Assembly: GCA_049972095.1 (NCBI GenBank)
Contig: JBMFKQ010000016.1
Span: 1-35,586 of the forward strand
DNA: 35,586 bases
Source: Elusimicrobiales bacterium
Lineage (GTDB): Bacteria; Elusimicrobiota; Elusimicrobia; Elusimicrobiales; UBA9959
Direction of reading: 5' to 3'
Positions 35,514 to 35,586 of the stretch are shown here, in pieces (within the stretch, counting starts at the first letter, position 1; each line of letters begins with the position of its first letter). Below the pieces are notes generated by a model. It ran no database searches, had not been told where the DNA came from, and saw only the letters and a program-made list of their open reading frames with translations. Made by a program: the position numbers and the translations under genes.

Positions 35514-35586
35514 GACTTATGTCAAGCCCGTGTAAGATCTCCATACCTGCCTGCCCCGCTGGGGCGGTAGGCAGGGCGGGTGTCGT

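Noticed and set aside
35521-35586. GC-rich hairpin plus T16 as a rho-independent terminator on the minus strand
   Set aside because: About 25 nt separate the stem from the T-run. Intrinsic terminators need the U-tract directly after the stem. The T-run is better read as part of the downstream promoter region.

Overview
This is an AT-rich window of about 35.6 kb (roughly 30-35% GC by eye), bacterial, with most genes on the minus strand in tightly packed, often overlapping operons. I did all reading by hand from the sequence and the ORF track; no database searches were run.

**Housekeeping genes I can recognise by motif:**
- valS
- hemW-like radical SAM
- an SPFH/band-7 protein
- htpX
- tRNA-Glu(CUC)
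- a menaquinone-type prenylation pair (trans-polyprenyl diphosphate synthase + MenA/UbiA prenyltransferase)
- a HutI-like amidohydrolase
- a HAD hydrolase
- a two-subunit FAD/Fe-S oxidoreductase (sarcosine-oxidase / proline-dehydrogenase-like)
- an active + inactive M16 peptidase pair
- an envelope-sugar operon: WecA/MraY-family transferase, DegT aminotransferase, UGM-like flavoprotein, dapA
- dapF
- a PFK-A phosphofructokinase whose residues suggest PPi dependence
- an RRM RNA-binding protein

**Accessory or odd content:**
- The 5' end carries a compact restriction-modification locus: a partial PD-(D/E)xK endonuclease ORF running off the window, a beta-class SPPY N4/N6 methyltransferase, and a small HsdR_N-like nuclease-fold ORF. 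Next to it are decayed fragments, including an N-terminally truncated AlbA_2/HATPase_c_4 ('RecG-like', Schlafen-type) gene.
- A TPR gene is disrupted by an in-frame TAG at a conserved Tyr position plus a -1 frameshift.
- A GT2 glycosyltransferase remnant is frameshifted in a T-run.
- A membrane-anchored S1B trypsin-like protease with unassigned flanking domains sits next to a GAF-HD-GYP c-di-GMP phosphodiesterase.
- At the 3' end there is an orphan two-repeat CRISPR-like mini-array (30-bp repeats, 36-bp spacer, no cas genes in the window). It abuts a tightly coupled operon of three small proteins (secreted / 10-Cys / single-TM) preceded by an A16/T16 homopolymer tract, followed by an abrupt GC-rich structured segment at the window edge.

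The three-small-protein operon with the mini-array and the RM/defence remnant locus are the best candidates for something undescribed. None can be confirmed without searches.
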